Below are positions 16,792 to 24,850 of a DNA stretch of 28,922 nt, piece after piece; the first letter of the stretch is position 1; every line of letters begins with the position of its first letter. The DNA is from Ignavibacteriales bacterium (GTDB lineage: Bacteria > Bacteroidota > Ignavibacteria > UBA10030 > UBA6906): contig JBBIRR010000046.1 in the NCBI GenBank assembly GCA_037441705.1, positions 1 through 28,922 on the forward strand. Reading direction: 5' to 3'. The notes under the pieces were generated by a model that saw only the letters and a program-made list of their open reading frames with translations, was not told where the DNA came from and searched no databases. A program made the position numbers and the translations under genes.

Positions 16792-18971
16792 GAATCTTTG
16801 TTTGTGTAGCAATCCTGCTCCTGCCTCCACTCCGTGCTGCAACCGCGTACGCACAAGGAGCAACATTGATCGGCCGCGTTACGGACCGGGCCGACGGACA
16901 GCCGTTGCTCGGTGTGAATGTTTTGCTGAAAGGGACACTGCGCGGTACGACTACGGACAGCAAAGGTGAATACAAACTCTCCAACATTCCCGCAGGAACC
17001 TACACGGTCGTGTTCTCTCTCGTCGGCTATCAGCGCGAAACGCGTGCTGATGTCCTGTTCGCATCCGGGCAAACGATTGAGCTGAATGTTGCGCTCGAGC
17101 CATCGGAGATCGAGACGGAGCAGATTGTTGTCACGGCGGCAAAGCGCACGCAATCGCTGGAGGAAGTTCCTGTGAGCGTCTCATTTGTGGACGCAAAGGA
17201 AATCTCGTATCGCAACTCCATAACGATCGACGATGCGCTGCGGTATGTGCCCGGCGTGAACATGACCGAGTGGCAGGTCAACATCCGCGGCTCCAGCGGG
17301 TACAGTCGCGGTGCCGGCAGTCGTGTGTTGATGTTGGTGGACGGCATACCGCTGCTTACGGGAGACACGGGTGAGTTGAACTTCGAGACGGTTCCTGTGG
17401 GCCAGGTCGAACGCGTTGAGGTGGTGAAGGGCGCCAGCTCGGCCCTCTATGGCTCCAGCGCCCTCGGAGGCGTCATCAATGTCATCACGCGTCCGATTCC
17501 GCCTGAGCCGGAGACGCGCCTGCGACTGTACGGGGGCATGTACAGCCGGCCCGCCTATCCGGAATGGGACTGGGGCGGGGGCGATCGGCTGAGCGACGGT
17601 GAGTCGGTCAATCACTCGCGGCGATTCGGGGACCTTGGCCTGTCGCTCTTTCTCTCGCGCGCGGCCGACGATGGATACCGCCAGAATGATTATCGCCGCC
17701 GCTACAACGCGTTCGTGAAGATGAACTACGGTCTCTCCGACGCTGAGGCTTTGAACCTCTCGTTCAGTTTCCTTCATCAAAAGCGTGGCAGCTTTCTGTA
17801 CTGGAAAGCGCTCAACTTCGCGCTCACGCCCCCCGAAACACAATTGGGCGATGAAGTGCAGTCGACGCGCTTCTATCTTGCATCGCAGTACAATCGGATT
17901 GCATCGGACAAACTCTCCTACTCCGTGCGCGCGTTGTGGTATAGGAATCGCTGGGAGGATACCATCGACCTCGGCTCTCGGACGTCCCGATCCGATGTGC
18001 TGCGAGCCGAAGTGCAGGCGACAATGTTGCTCGATGACCGTCACACCGTGACCGCCGGGATTGAGGGAACGCTCGACCGCGTGCGTGCAGATTTGTTCGG
18101 CAAACGATCGGGCGGCGGCGTTGCGCTGTATGCACAGGATGAGATTCGTCTTGCCGACGGACTTACGCTCACGCTCGGCGCACGGTATGATTTCCACGAT
18201 CTCGACTCTCTCGAGTCAAACAGCCAGTTCAATCCTAAAGCCGGACTTGTGTATATACCCGCGGAGGGAACGACCCTGCGCGCATCGTACGGACGAGGGT
18301 TTCGCGCTCCAGCCGTGGCTGAAGCGTTCATTGCAACGTCCATCAGCGGACTGATTGTTGACCCCAACCCGAACTTGAAGCCCGAGCGCAGTTCGTCGTA
18401 TGAAGTCGGCGCGTCGCATCTGTTCGGCGATGCAGTCTTGACCGACGTTGCGCTGTTTCAAAGCGACTTCGATAACCTGATTGAGCCGGGCTTCACGGCC
18501 AGCGGGCGCGGACAGTTCTTGAACGTCACACAAGCCCGCATTCGCGGCGTCGAGATTTCGGCCAGGGCAAGTTTTTGGGAACGGCTCCTCACGCTCGGCT
18601 TCGGCTATACGTATGTCTATCCCAAGGATATTTCCCGAAACGACATCCTCAAGTATCGCCCTCGCCACCTCTTCTACGCCAACACGCTTCTGGGCTTCGA
18701 CATCTTTACCTTCGGCGTGGATTTCCGATACATCAGTCGCATGGAACGCATTGACGAGGAGTTTGTCCGCCTCGGCATCGTGCGGGACGGCGATCAGCGC
18801 GTGGCGGCGTACGTTACCGACTTCCGGCTGGGCGCCGACTTCTCGAAGCTCGGTCACCCGATGATCGCAACGCTCAACATTACCAACGCCTTCCAGTACA
18901 ACTACGTCGAGCTGATCGGGAACCTGATGCCGCCGCGCAACATTGTGCTGGTGTTGGAGTGGCGGTTCTGA
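16788..18971 (+). CDS. TonB-dependent outer-membrane receptor with N-terminal CarboxypepD-like domain
   Basis: GRVTD...PLLGVNV, IVVTA TonB box, VERVEVVKGASSALYGSSALGGVINVIT plug motif, NPNLKPE, terminal WRF. Confidence 0.93.
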   Translation: MRIFVCVAILLLPPLRAATAYAQGATLIGRVTDRADGQPLLGVNVLLKGTLRGTTTDSKGEYKLSNIPAGTYTVVFSLVGYQRETRADVLFASGQTIELNVALEPSEIETEQIVVTAAKRTQSLEEVPVSVSFVDAKEISYRNSITIDDALRYVPGVNMTEWQVNIRGSSGYSRGAGSRVLMLVDGIPLLTGDTGELNFETVPVGQVERVEVVKGASSALYGSSALGGVINVITRPIPPEPETRLRLYGGMYSRPAYPEWDWGGGDRLSDGESVNHSRRFGDLGLSLFLSRAADDGYRQNDYRRRYNAFVKMNYGLSDAEALNLSFSFLHQKRGSFLYWKALNFALTPPETQLGDEVQSTRFYLASQYNRIASDKLSYSVRALWYRNRWEDTIDLGSRTSRSDVLRAEVQATMLLDDRHTVTAGIEGTLDRVRADLFGKRSGGGVALYAQDEIRLADGLTLTLGARYDFHDLDSLESNSQFNPKAGLVYIPAEGTTLRASYGRGFRAPAVAEAFIATSISGLIVDPNPNLKPERSSSYEVGASHLFGDAVLTDVALFQSDFDNLIEPGFTASGRGQFLNVTQARIRGVEISARASFWERLLTLGFGYTYVYPKDISRNDILKYRPRHLFYANTLLGFDIFTFGVDFRYISRMERIDEEFVRLGIVRDGDQRVAAYVTDFRLGADFSKLGHPMIATLNITNAFQYNYVELIGNLMPPRNIVLVLEWRF

Positions 18972-19076
18972 TCGCCGCATACGGTTTGGGAAACCTCGCC
19001 CGCATCCTCCTTTTTGTTTCTGATTCGCCTCTTCGCTACTTTGTGTGCAGAAAGTTCCATGCCTTGACGCTTGCTC

Positions 19077-20483
19077 ATGTTTATTGATACGCATGCCCAT
19101 ATCACTGCCGAGCAGTTCGATCAAGATCGAGATGACGTGATCCGCCGCGCGCTCGATGCCGGCGTTCACGCGATTGTCAATCCTGCCACCGATCTCGATG
19201 ACAGCAGGCGCGCCGTCGCGCTCGCCGAAAAACATAACGGCGTGTACGCGTGCGTCGGCTTTCATCCACACGAAGCACGAAAAGCCGATGACGCCTCGCT
19301 GCGCCAACTCGAAGAACTCAGCACGCATCCCAAAGTCGTAGCCATCGGCGAGATCGGGCTGGATTTTCACTACGACTTCTCTCCGCGCGACGTACAGCAG
19401 CGCGTGTTTCAGGCGCAGCTTGAGATCGCCCGTCGGCGGAATCTACCCGTCGTGATTCACACTCGAGAATCGGAAGAGGAGACGGTCGCATTGGTGGAGC
19501 TGGCCGTTGCTGCTGCACCGTCCTGGCGGAACCATCGCGCCGGAGAGCGCTTCCCCGGTGCACGAGGCGTCTTCCATTGTTTTTCGGGCGACACCGCCTT
19601 AGCCTGGAAACTGATTCACATGGGATTCTTCATCTCGTTTCCCGGCGTCGTGACGTTCCCCAACGCTGCACGCACCGCCGACGTAGCCTCCGCCATCTCG
19701 CTCGAGCACATCCTTCTGGAGACCGACAGCCCGTATCTCACCCCGCATCCGCTGCGCAAGAAGGAGAAGCGCAACGAGCCCAAGAACATTCCCCTCATTG
19801 CCGAGAAGCTCGCCTCTCTTCAGCATCTTTCAGTGGAAGATGTTGCGCGCACAACGTGCTTCGGCGCGTACAAACTGTTCGGCATCGGCTCGCCCGGTGA
19901 ACCACGATTCACCTACACGCTGCGCAACGCGCTCTACATCAATCTCACCCTGCGATGCAATGCCGACTGTGTCTTCTGCGATCGGAAAGGAGAAGCAGTC
20001 ATCAAAGGCCACAACCTGAAAATCGAGCGTGAGCCTTCCGTGCAAGACGTTATCAACGAAATCGGCGACCCCACGCGCTACGACGAAATCGTCTTCTGCG
20101 GTTACGGCGAACCCACCATTCGCCTCGACGCCGTGAAAGACATTGCACGCTGGGTGAAAGCCCACGGCGGCCGCACGCGTCTCAACACCGACGGCCACGG
20201 CAACATCATCAACAAACGCAACATCGTGCCCGAGCTGGTGGGCCTGATTGACGCCGTCTCCATCAGCCTGAATGCAATCGATCCCGTTCAGTATGGCGAG
20301 CTGATGCGCATTGACGGCAAAACATTCTTTCCGGCGATGCTGGACTTCGCGCGTGAAGCACGCCGCCTCCTGCCGCGCGTCATCATGACGGTGGTCGACA
20401 TGGATGGCATCGACATCGCGCAAGCCCGGCGGTTCGTCGAGCACGAGATCGGTGCAGAGTTTCAAGCGCGGCCGTACTTTTGA
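19077..20483 (+). CDS. tatD: TatD-family hydrolase fused to a TatD-associated radical SAM domain
   Basis: DTHAH, GEIGLD, HTRE, HCF, ETDSP; then LYINLTLRCNADCVFC (CxxxCxxC), FCGYGEP, RLNTDG. Confidence 0.9.
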   Translation: MFIDTHAHITAEQFDQDRDDVIRRALDAGVHAIVNPATDLDDSRRAVALAEKHNGVYACVGFHPHEARKADDASLRQLEELSTHPKVVAIGEIGLDFHYDFSPRDVQQRVFQAQLEIARRRNLPVVIHTRESEEETVALVELAVAAAPSWRNHRAGERFPGARGVFHCFSGDTALAWKLIHMGFFISFPGVVTFPNAARTADVASAISLEHILLETDSPYLTPHPLRKKEKRNEPKNIPLIAEKLASLQHLSVEDVARTTCFGAYKLFGIGSPGEPRFTYTLRNALYINLTLRCNADCVFCDRKGEAVIKGHNLKIEREPSVQDVINEIGDPTRYDEIVFCGYGEPTIRLDAVKDIARWVKAHGGRTRLNTDGHGNIINKRNIVPELVGLIDAVSISLNAIDPVQYGELMRIDGKTFFPAMLDFAREARRLLPRVIMTVVDMDGIDIAQARRFVEHEIGAEFQARPYF

Positions 20484-20500
20484 AACACCGATGAAGAAAA

Positions 20501-20644
20501 AAATTGGGCGTTCCGGCGCTAAGCGCTTCGCAGCGCCGTCGGTGTCCTGCGGGCTCCGCTGTCGCTTCGGTGCTTCGCTGAACAACGCTCAGCACTGCCC
20601 GCCCAAAAACGGCGGGCACCCTTCGGCCGCCTAACGCAAAAGCA
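20501..20644 (+). repeat. 144-bp structured dispersed repeat, copy 1
   Basis: 8 mismatches versus 28772-28915; internal hairpins; TTGGGCG...CGCCTAA ends. Confidence 0.9.
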
Positions 20645-20648
20645 GAAC

Positions 20649-21839
20649 ATGGCAGCACATCACCTCAACCCACAACGCATCCTCTTCCTCGCCGAAGGGC
20701 AACTCGGCGATCTACTCTTACTCACGCCCGCTTTACGCGCAGTCAAGGAATCATTCCCGCAGTCGTTTGTTGCCGTTCTCGTCGTCGAGCGACGCACAGC
20801 GGAACCGACGCATTCCCCTTCGCCTGAGGTGCAGGTTGCCTCGCACGCCGAGCGCGAACGTCACGCCCTCGGTACCAATCCCCATGTGGATCACCTCTAC
20901 CTCCTCGATCGTCAGATGCTGCGTGCACAGCGCGGCATCGCGCGGCTGAAAGCCGAACGCGCCGTCATCAAGTGCATCCGCGAAAAAAAATTCGATACCG
21001 TCATCTGCACTTTCCCCGAAGATCGCTTCGTCCAGTGGGCATTTGCCGCGGGAGCAAAGGTCCGCGTCGGACAGAAAAACCAGGGCCTTGGTTGGCTTCT
21101 CACCCATAAACTCGACAGCGACAAGTCCGCAAGAGGAGTCCTGGAGTACTACTGCGATCTTGTGCGCCTCATCGGCGCTGACGTTCGTACCACACACACC
21201 GAATATCCGATTCCCCCCGCCGCCGTGCAATGGGCGGATACGAAGCTGAGTGCGCTCGGCGTGCACCCGGGTTCCCGCATCGTGGCAATTCATCCCGGCG
21301 CCAGCGGCGATTACAAAATCTGGCCCCCCGAACGTTTCGCGCAGCTTGCCGATGCATTGTCGAAACCCGGCACTATCGTCCTCCTTGTCGGCAGCTCGTT
21401 CGATTACTCAATTGTTGAAGCAGTCATCGCCGCCTCTCGTAGCCGCATCGCACAGGTTCACACCGGAACGAGTGTCGCGAACCTTGCTGCAATTCTGCAT
21501 CGTGCCCATCTGTGCATCTCCAACGATTCCGGGCCTCGACACCTTGCCGTCGCCGTCGGCACGCCGTCGCTCGCGCTGTTTCGTCAGCATCACGACAAGG
21601 AATGGGACGTGTATCCTCACTCCTCCCGCATCGCAATCCTCAAAGGAAGCGAAGCCTGTCCTGCGTGTCCTGCCGGCGTGTGTCGCGACCTGATTCCGCC
21701 CGGCGAACGCTTCGGCGCCTACTGCCTTCGGCAGATCGCCGTTCAGGCGGTGCTGGATCGTGCCGCCGACATGCTGCACGCGAACGATGAACCGGACGAG
21801 CCTTCTCCTGCACCACACGATTCGTCGAGGACACGATGA
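20649..21839 (+). CDS. Glycosyltransferase family 9
   Basis: GQLGDLLL, IHPGA...KIWP, SNDSGPRHLA. Confidence 0.87.
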   Translation: MAAHHLNPQRILFLAEGQLGDLLLLTPALRAVKESFPQSFVAVLVVERRTAEPTHSPSPEVQVASHAERERHALGTNPHVDHLYLLDRQMLRAQRGIARLKAERAVIKCIREKKFDTVICTFPEDRFVQWAFAAGAKVRVGQKNQGLGWLLTHKLDSDKSARGVLEYYCDLVRLIGADVRTTHTEYPIPPAAVQWADTKLSALGVHPGSRIVAIHPGASGDYKIWPPERFAQLADALSKPGTIVLLVGSSFDYSIVEAVIAASRSRIAQVHTGTSVANLAAILHRAHLCISNDSGPRHLAVAVGTPSLALFRQHHDKEWDVYPHSSRIAILKGSEACPACPAGVCRDLIPPGERFGAYCLRQIAVQAVLDRAADMLHANDEPDEPSPAPHDSSRTR

Positions 21840-23872
21840 AATCCTTCCTCATTCTTTTGCTGCTGCATCCGATACTCGCCGCGCCGCAAGCGCTGCCCGA
21901 AGAGACCTACCGGGCAATCGTGACCGCACAGGACTTGCGCGATGCGGAAGCGCTCGTGCCGTTCCTCAAGGACAACGATTCGCAGGTACGCGCACGCGCA
22001 GCGATTGCCTGCGGCTCCGTTCAGGATACGCTGCACATCCCTCATCTTCTGCCACTGCTTGCCGATAGGAATCATCATGTTCGTATCGCAGCGGCGTTTG
22101 CCCTCGGGCAGTATCATCCGGTCGTGGATACACTGCAACGGGAGGCAGTCTCACGTGCGCTTACCAAACGGCTCGGCCTCGAGCCGAATCGTGCCGTGCT
22201 CCTCCGTGTGCTGGAAGCCCTCGGCAAAGTCGGCAATGAGGCAAGCCTCAGCGTTGTGGTTGCCGCCGGAGAGACGGCGCCATCTCCGCTGATCAAAGGA
22301 GAGGCGGCGCTTGCCGTGGGGCGGTACGCCTATCGCGGGATCAGAAGCAAGAGTGCCACCGCCTTTGCTGCAAAATGCCTCGCGCTGCGCGCGGACAGTG
22401 AGACATGGAAAGCCGCCTACGCGCTGATGCGCATTGCCGATGCGAACCTTCTGGCTCCGTACGAAGAGGAAATCGTCCGGTCGTCCTCACACCGCTCTGC
22501 CGATGTTCGCATGTTCATCGCAACAACTCTCGGCGAGTTCGGTTCGTCACGCAAAGCATTCAACGCTCTGCTTTCTTTCGCGCGGGCGGAGAAGGACTGG
22601 CGGGTGAAGGTGAACACACTCCGAGCGCTTGCACATGTCGATACGGCATTCTACCCGCGCATGATGTCCGTGCTGCTGCATGCCGCTGCCGATAGCAACG
22701 AGCACGTGGCGCTGAGTGCGCTCACGACCATCGGCGCACTCCGTCTGCGCGGTTCGTCGTTCGCAGCAGAGTGCTGCACGGTTCTTGTCCGGTTCTTGCG
22801 AAGCGGGCATCACTCGCAGCAGCGAAAACAGGCGGCGGCAGTCTCCCTGGCCCGCATTCTGGGAGAGGAGGCGTACCCTTTGTTGCTCGAGCACTGGCGC
22901 GCCGGCAACCTGACGAACGAAAATCTTGCTGCTGCGCTCGCCCATGTTCCGACGCGTGAGGCGGCAGGGCAGCTTCTGCAGCTTTATCCTGAAGAAGAAA
23001 TCCCGGGCAAAGTACGCGTGATTGAATCACTCCTCTCCATTGCGCGCGCTGTTCCGGAGCGCGCGGAAGTTGTGCAGCTTGTGCGCCCGTTGCTTGCTGA
23101 AGCAATACAATCGAATGATATCGCGCTTCTCAGTACTGCGGCTACTGCCCTCGCCGATTCGACATTCGCCGATGACGAAACACCCGTGTTCCTCCTGAAC
23201 GCACTCCGCCGACTGAAACCGCCTGACGATACCGAAGCGATGATCACGCTGATGCAACTCCTTGCCGATCTCAATGCTCAGAACGCCATTGCCCCGCTCG
23301 AGTCGTACCTGCTTGATGCCGACGCGGCGGTTGCTCGTGCTGCCGGCAGCGCCTTACATCGTCTGACGGGCAAGGCCTATAGCGTCATCACGCCCGGCAA
23401 ACGTCAGCCGGCGTATCGTAACTTCGATTGGACCTTGCTCGCGTCCCTTCGTCGCAATCCGTATGTCCGCGTCCAAACGACGAAGGGGGAGTTCACGATC
23501 GTCTTGCTTCCGGAAAACGCGCCGCTCACATGCGTGAACTTTGCGATGCTGATCGAGAAGAAGTTCTTCGACGGCTTGACGTTTCACCGTGTCGTGCCCA
23601 ACTTCGTGATTCAGGGCGGCGATCCGCGCGGCGATGGCTGGGGCGGACCCGGCTATGCGATTCGGTCGGAGTTCGGACTTGAGCGCTACGAGCGAGGGAG
23701 TGTCGGCGTTGCAAGTGCCGGGAAGGATACCGAGGGGTGCCAGTGGTTTGTCACGCACAGCTACACCCCTCATCTGGATGGCCGGTACACCATCTTTGGA
23801 AAAGTTATTTCTGGAATGGAGGTCGTCGACACGATTCACATCGGTGATCGTATCATCGCCATGCACCGCTGA
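21836..23872 (+). CDS. Exported HEAT-repeat protein with C-terminal cyclophilin peptidyl-prolyl isomerase
   Basis: Signal peptide, VRxxAAxALG repeats; FHRVVPNFVIQGGDP...PHLDGRYTIFG. Confidence 0.9.
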   Translation: MKSFLILLLLHPILAAPQALPEETYRAIVTAQDLRDAEALVPFLKDNDSQVRARAAIACGSVQDTLHIPHLLPLLADRNHHVRIAAAFALGQYHPVVDTLQREAVSRALTKRLGLEPNRAVLLRVLEALGKVGNEASLSVVVAAGETAPSPLIKGEAALAVGRYAYRGIRSKSATAFAAKCLALRADSETWKAAYALMRIADANLLAPYEEEIVRSSSHRSADVRMFIATTLGEFGSSRKAFNALLSFARAEKDWRVKVNTLRALAHVDTAFYPRMMSVLLHAAADSNEHVALSALTTIGALRLRGSSFAAECCTVLVRFLRSGHHSQQRKQAAAVSLARILGEEAYPLLLEHWRAGNLTNENLAAALAHVPTREAAGQLLQLYPEEEIPGKVRVIESLLSIARAVPERAEVVQLVRPLLAEAIQSNDIALLSTAATALADSTFADDETPVFLLNALRRLKPPDDTEAMITLMQLLADLNAQNAIAPLESYLLDADAAVARAAGSALHRLTGKAYSVITPGKRQPAYRNFDWTLLASLRRNPYVRVQTTKGEFTIVLLPENAPLTCVNFAMLIEKKFFDGLTFHRVVPNFVIQGGDPRGDGWGGPGYAIRSEFGLERYERGSVGVASAGKDTEGCQWFVTHSYTPHLDGRYTIFGKVISGMEVVDTIHIGDRIIAMHR

Positions 23873-23977
23873 GCGCTCTCTGCAGCAAGCAGATGGTTCC
23901 GGGCGACGTGAAGAATGCTGAATGATTCCGACGCCGATGCGAGGTGCGTGTGGAAGCCGTGACGGACGAACGCCGCC

Positions 23978-24027
23978 GTCACCCTGAGCGCAGTCCCGCC
24001 GCTTTCCAGGCGGGACGGAGTCGAAGG
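23978..24027 (+). repeat. REP-like palindrome GTCAYYCYGAGC...CGAAG, copy A
   Basis: Near-identical to 24359-24407; internal TCCCGCC/GGCGGGA hairpin. Confidence 0.75.
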
Positions 24028-24153
24028 ATGCTCTGCGCAAATCTGTAGGGACACGGCTCCGCCGTGTGCTGATGTGAGGAATGCTGAATGATTGCGTTGA
24101 CGATGTGCGGTGTCTGCATGCCCACTTCGTTCGCGACAGTCCCGGCACTTGTT

Positions 24154-24339
24154 GTTACTTCTCTTTGGAAGAGAAGTAACCAAGAGAACATCCAAAATCG
24201 TAACGCACGATTCAATCGCTGCCCGCGTGCCGTACGTTTCGGTGGGAGAGGGCATAGTTGTCCGAACGCGATGTGCACGTTCACCGAAACGTAACCCCTT
24301 CGATTGAATCTTCCCACCGCACCCGCACGACGATTTTGG
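24154..24339. repeat. Hairpin plus triple nested inverted-repeat element
   Basis: GTTACTTCTCTT-tgg-AAGAGAAGTAAC; nested pairs 24192-24201/24330-24339, 24209-24218/24301-24310, 24233-24244/24282-24293. Confidence 0.8.
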
Positions 24340-24358
24340 CGGGCGCGGGTTCTGCCTC

Positions 24359-24447
24359 GTCACCCCGAGCGCAATCCCGCCGCCTTTCAGGCGGGACGGA
24401 GTCGAAGCGTGGATGCTTCGCGCTTGGAAAGCAGCCCTCAGCATGAC
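24359..24447 (+). repeat. REP-like palindrome copy B with inverted partner half
   Basis: GTCACCCCGAGC...GTCGAAG followed by CTTCG...CTCAGCATGAC. Confidence 0.7.
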
Positions 24448-24521
24448 GGAGTAGTCCACTTCCCGCCCTTCCGTCACGGCGCGGGGTGTCAGGCGCGTAA
24501 GCCGTGACGTCCGATCGCTCC

Positions 24522-24558
24522 GTCATTCTGAGCCTCGCTGTTCAGAGGCGAAGAATCC
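24522..24558 (+). repeat. REP-like palindrome copy C (diverged)
   Basis: GTCATTCTGAGC-CTCGCTGTTCAGAG-GCGAAGAATCC. Confidence 0.6.
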
Positions 24559-24572
24559 AGAACGAGAATCAT

Positions 24573-24663
24573 TCCGAATCCTGCATCCTGAAGCCTGAAC
24601 CCTGAACCTTGAACCCCGAACCCTAAACCTCAAACCTCACACCTCAAACCGCATCCTGCATCC
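24573..24663 (+). repeat. Degenerate heptanucleotide tandem repeat (CCTGAAC/CCTCAAA-like)
   Basis: cctgcat cctgaag cctgaac cctgaac cttgaac cccgaac cctaaac ctcaaac ctcacac ctcaaac... Confidence 0.85.
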
Positions 24664-24695
24664 GATGGCGGACGATGGAAGTATTCACTTGCCTC

Positions 24696-24724
24696 TTGAC
24701 TTCGTGCTTTACGCTTGCGATATT
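24696..24724 (+). promoter_or_regulatory. sigma70-type promoter with no downstream ORF
   Basis: TTGACT-N17-GATATT with extended TGn. Confidence 0.55.
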
Positions 24725-24730
24725 GCGGCG

Positions 24731-24850
24731 TTCCATCTGCGGGGCCGAGAGCGTACGACGCTTGTCAACGAGCAGCATGACAGCTCGTGCGGGGTAGAGC
24801 GGTCAGTTCCCGAGCGTGAGCGTCGCGACCGCTCGGGCTATTTCTGTTTC
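24731..24850 (+). ncRNA. Candidate small structured ncRNA, family not identified
   Basis: Promoter upstream, 5'/3' complementary arms, two internal hairpins, T-rich tail; no credible ORF. Confidence 0.45.

Noticed and set aside
12033-20483. RiPP cluster pairing the repeat peptide with the radical SAM domain
   Set aside because: The radical SAM is about 7 kb away, fused to TatD, with no SPASM/RRE features; no modifying enzyme or peptide ABC exporter is adjacent to the peptide
20501-20644. Integron attC sites (GCCTAAC box)
   Set aside because: Box order is reversed relative to RYYYAAC...GTTRRRY, flanking genes are housekeeping, and there is no integrase
24738-24840. tRNA, tmRNA or SRP RNA
   Set aside because: No TTCRA T-loop or CCA end, far too short for tmRNA, and no SRP GGAA/AGCAG domain IV motif
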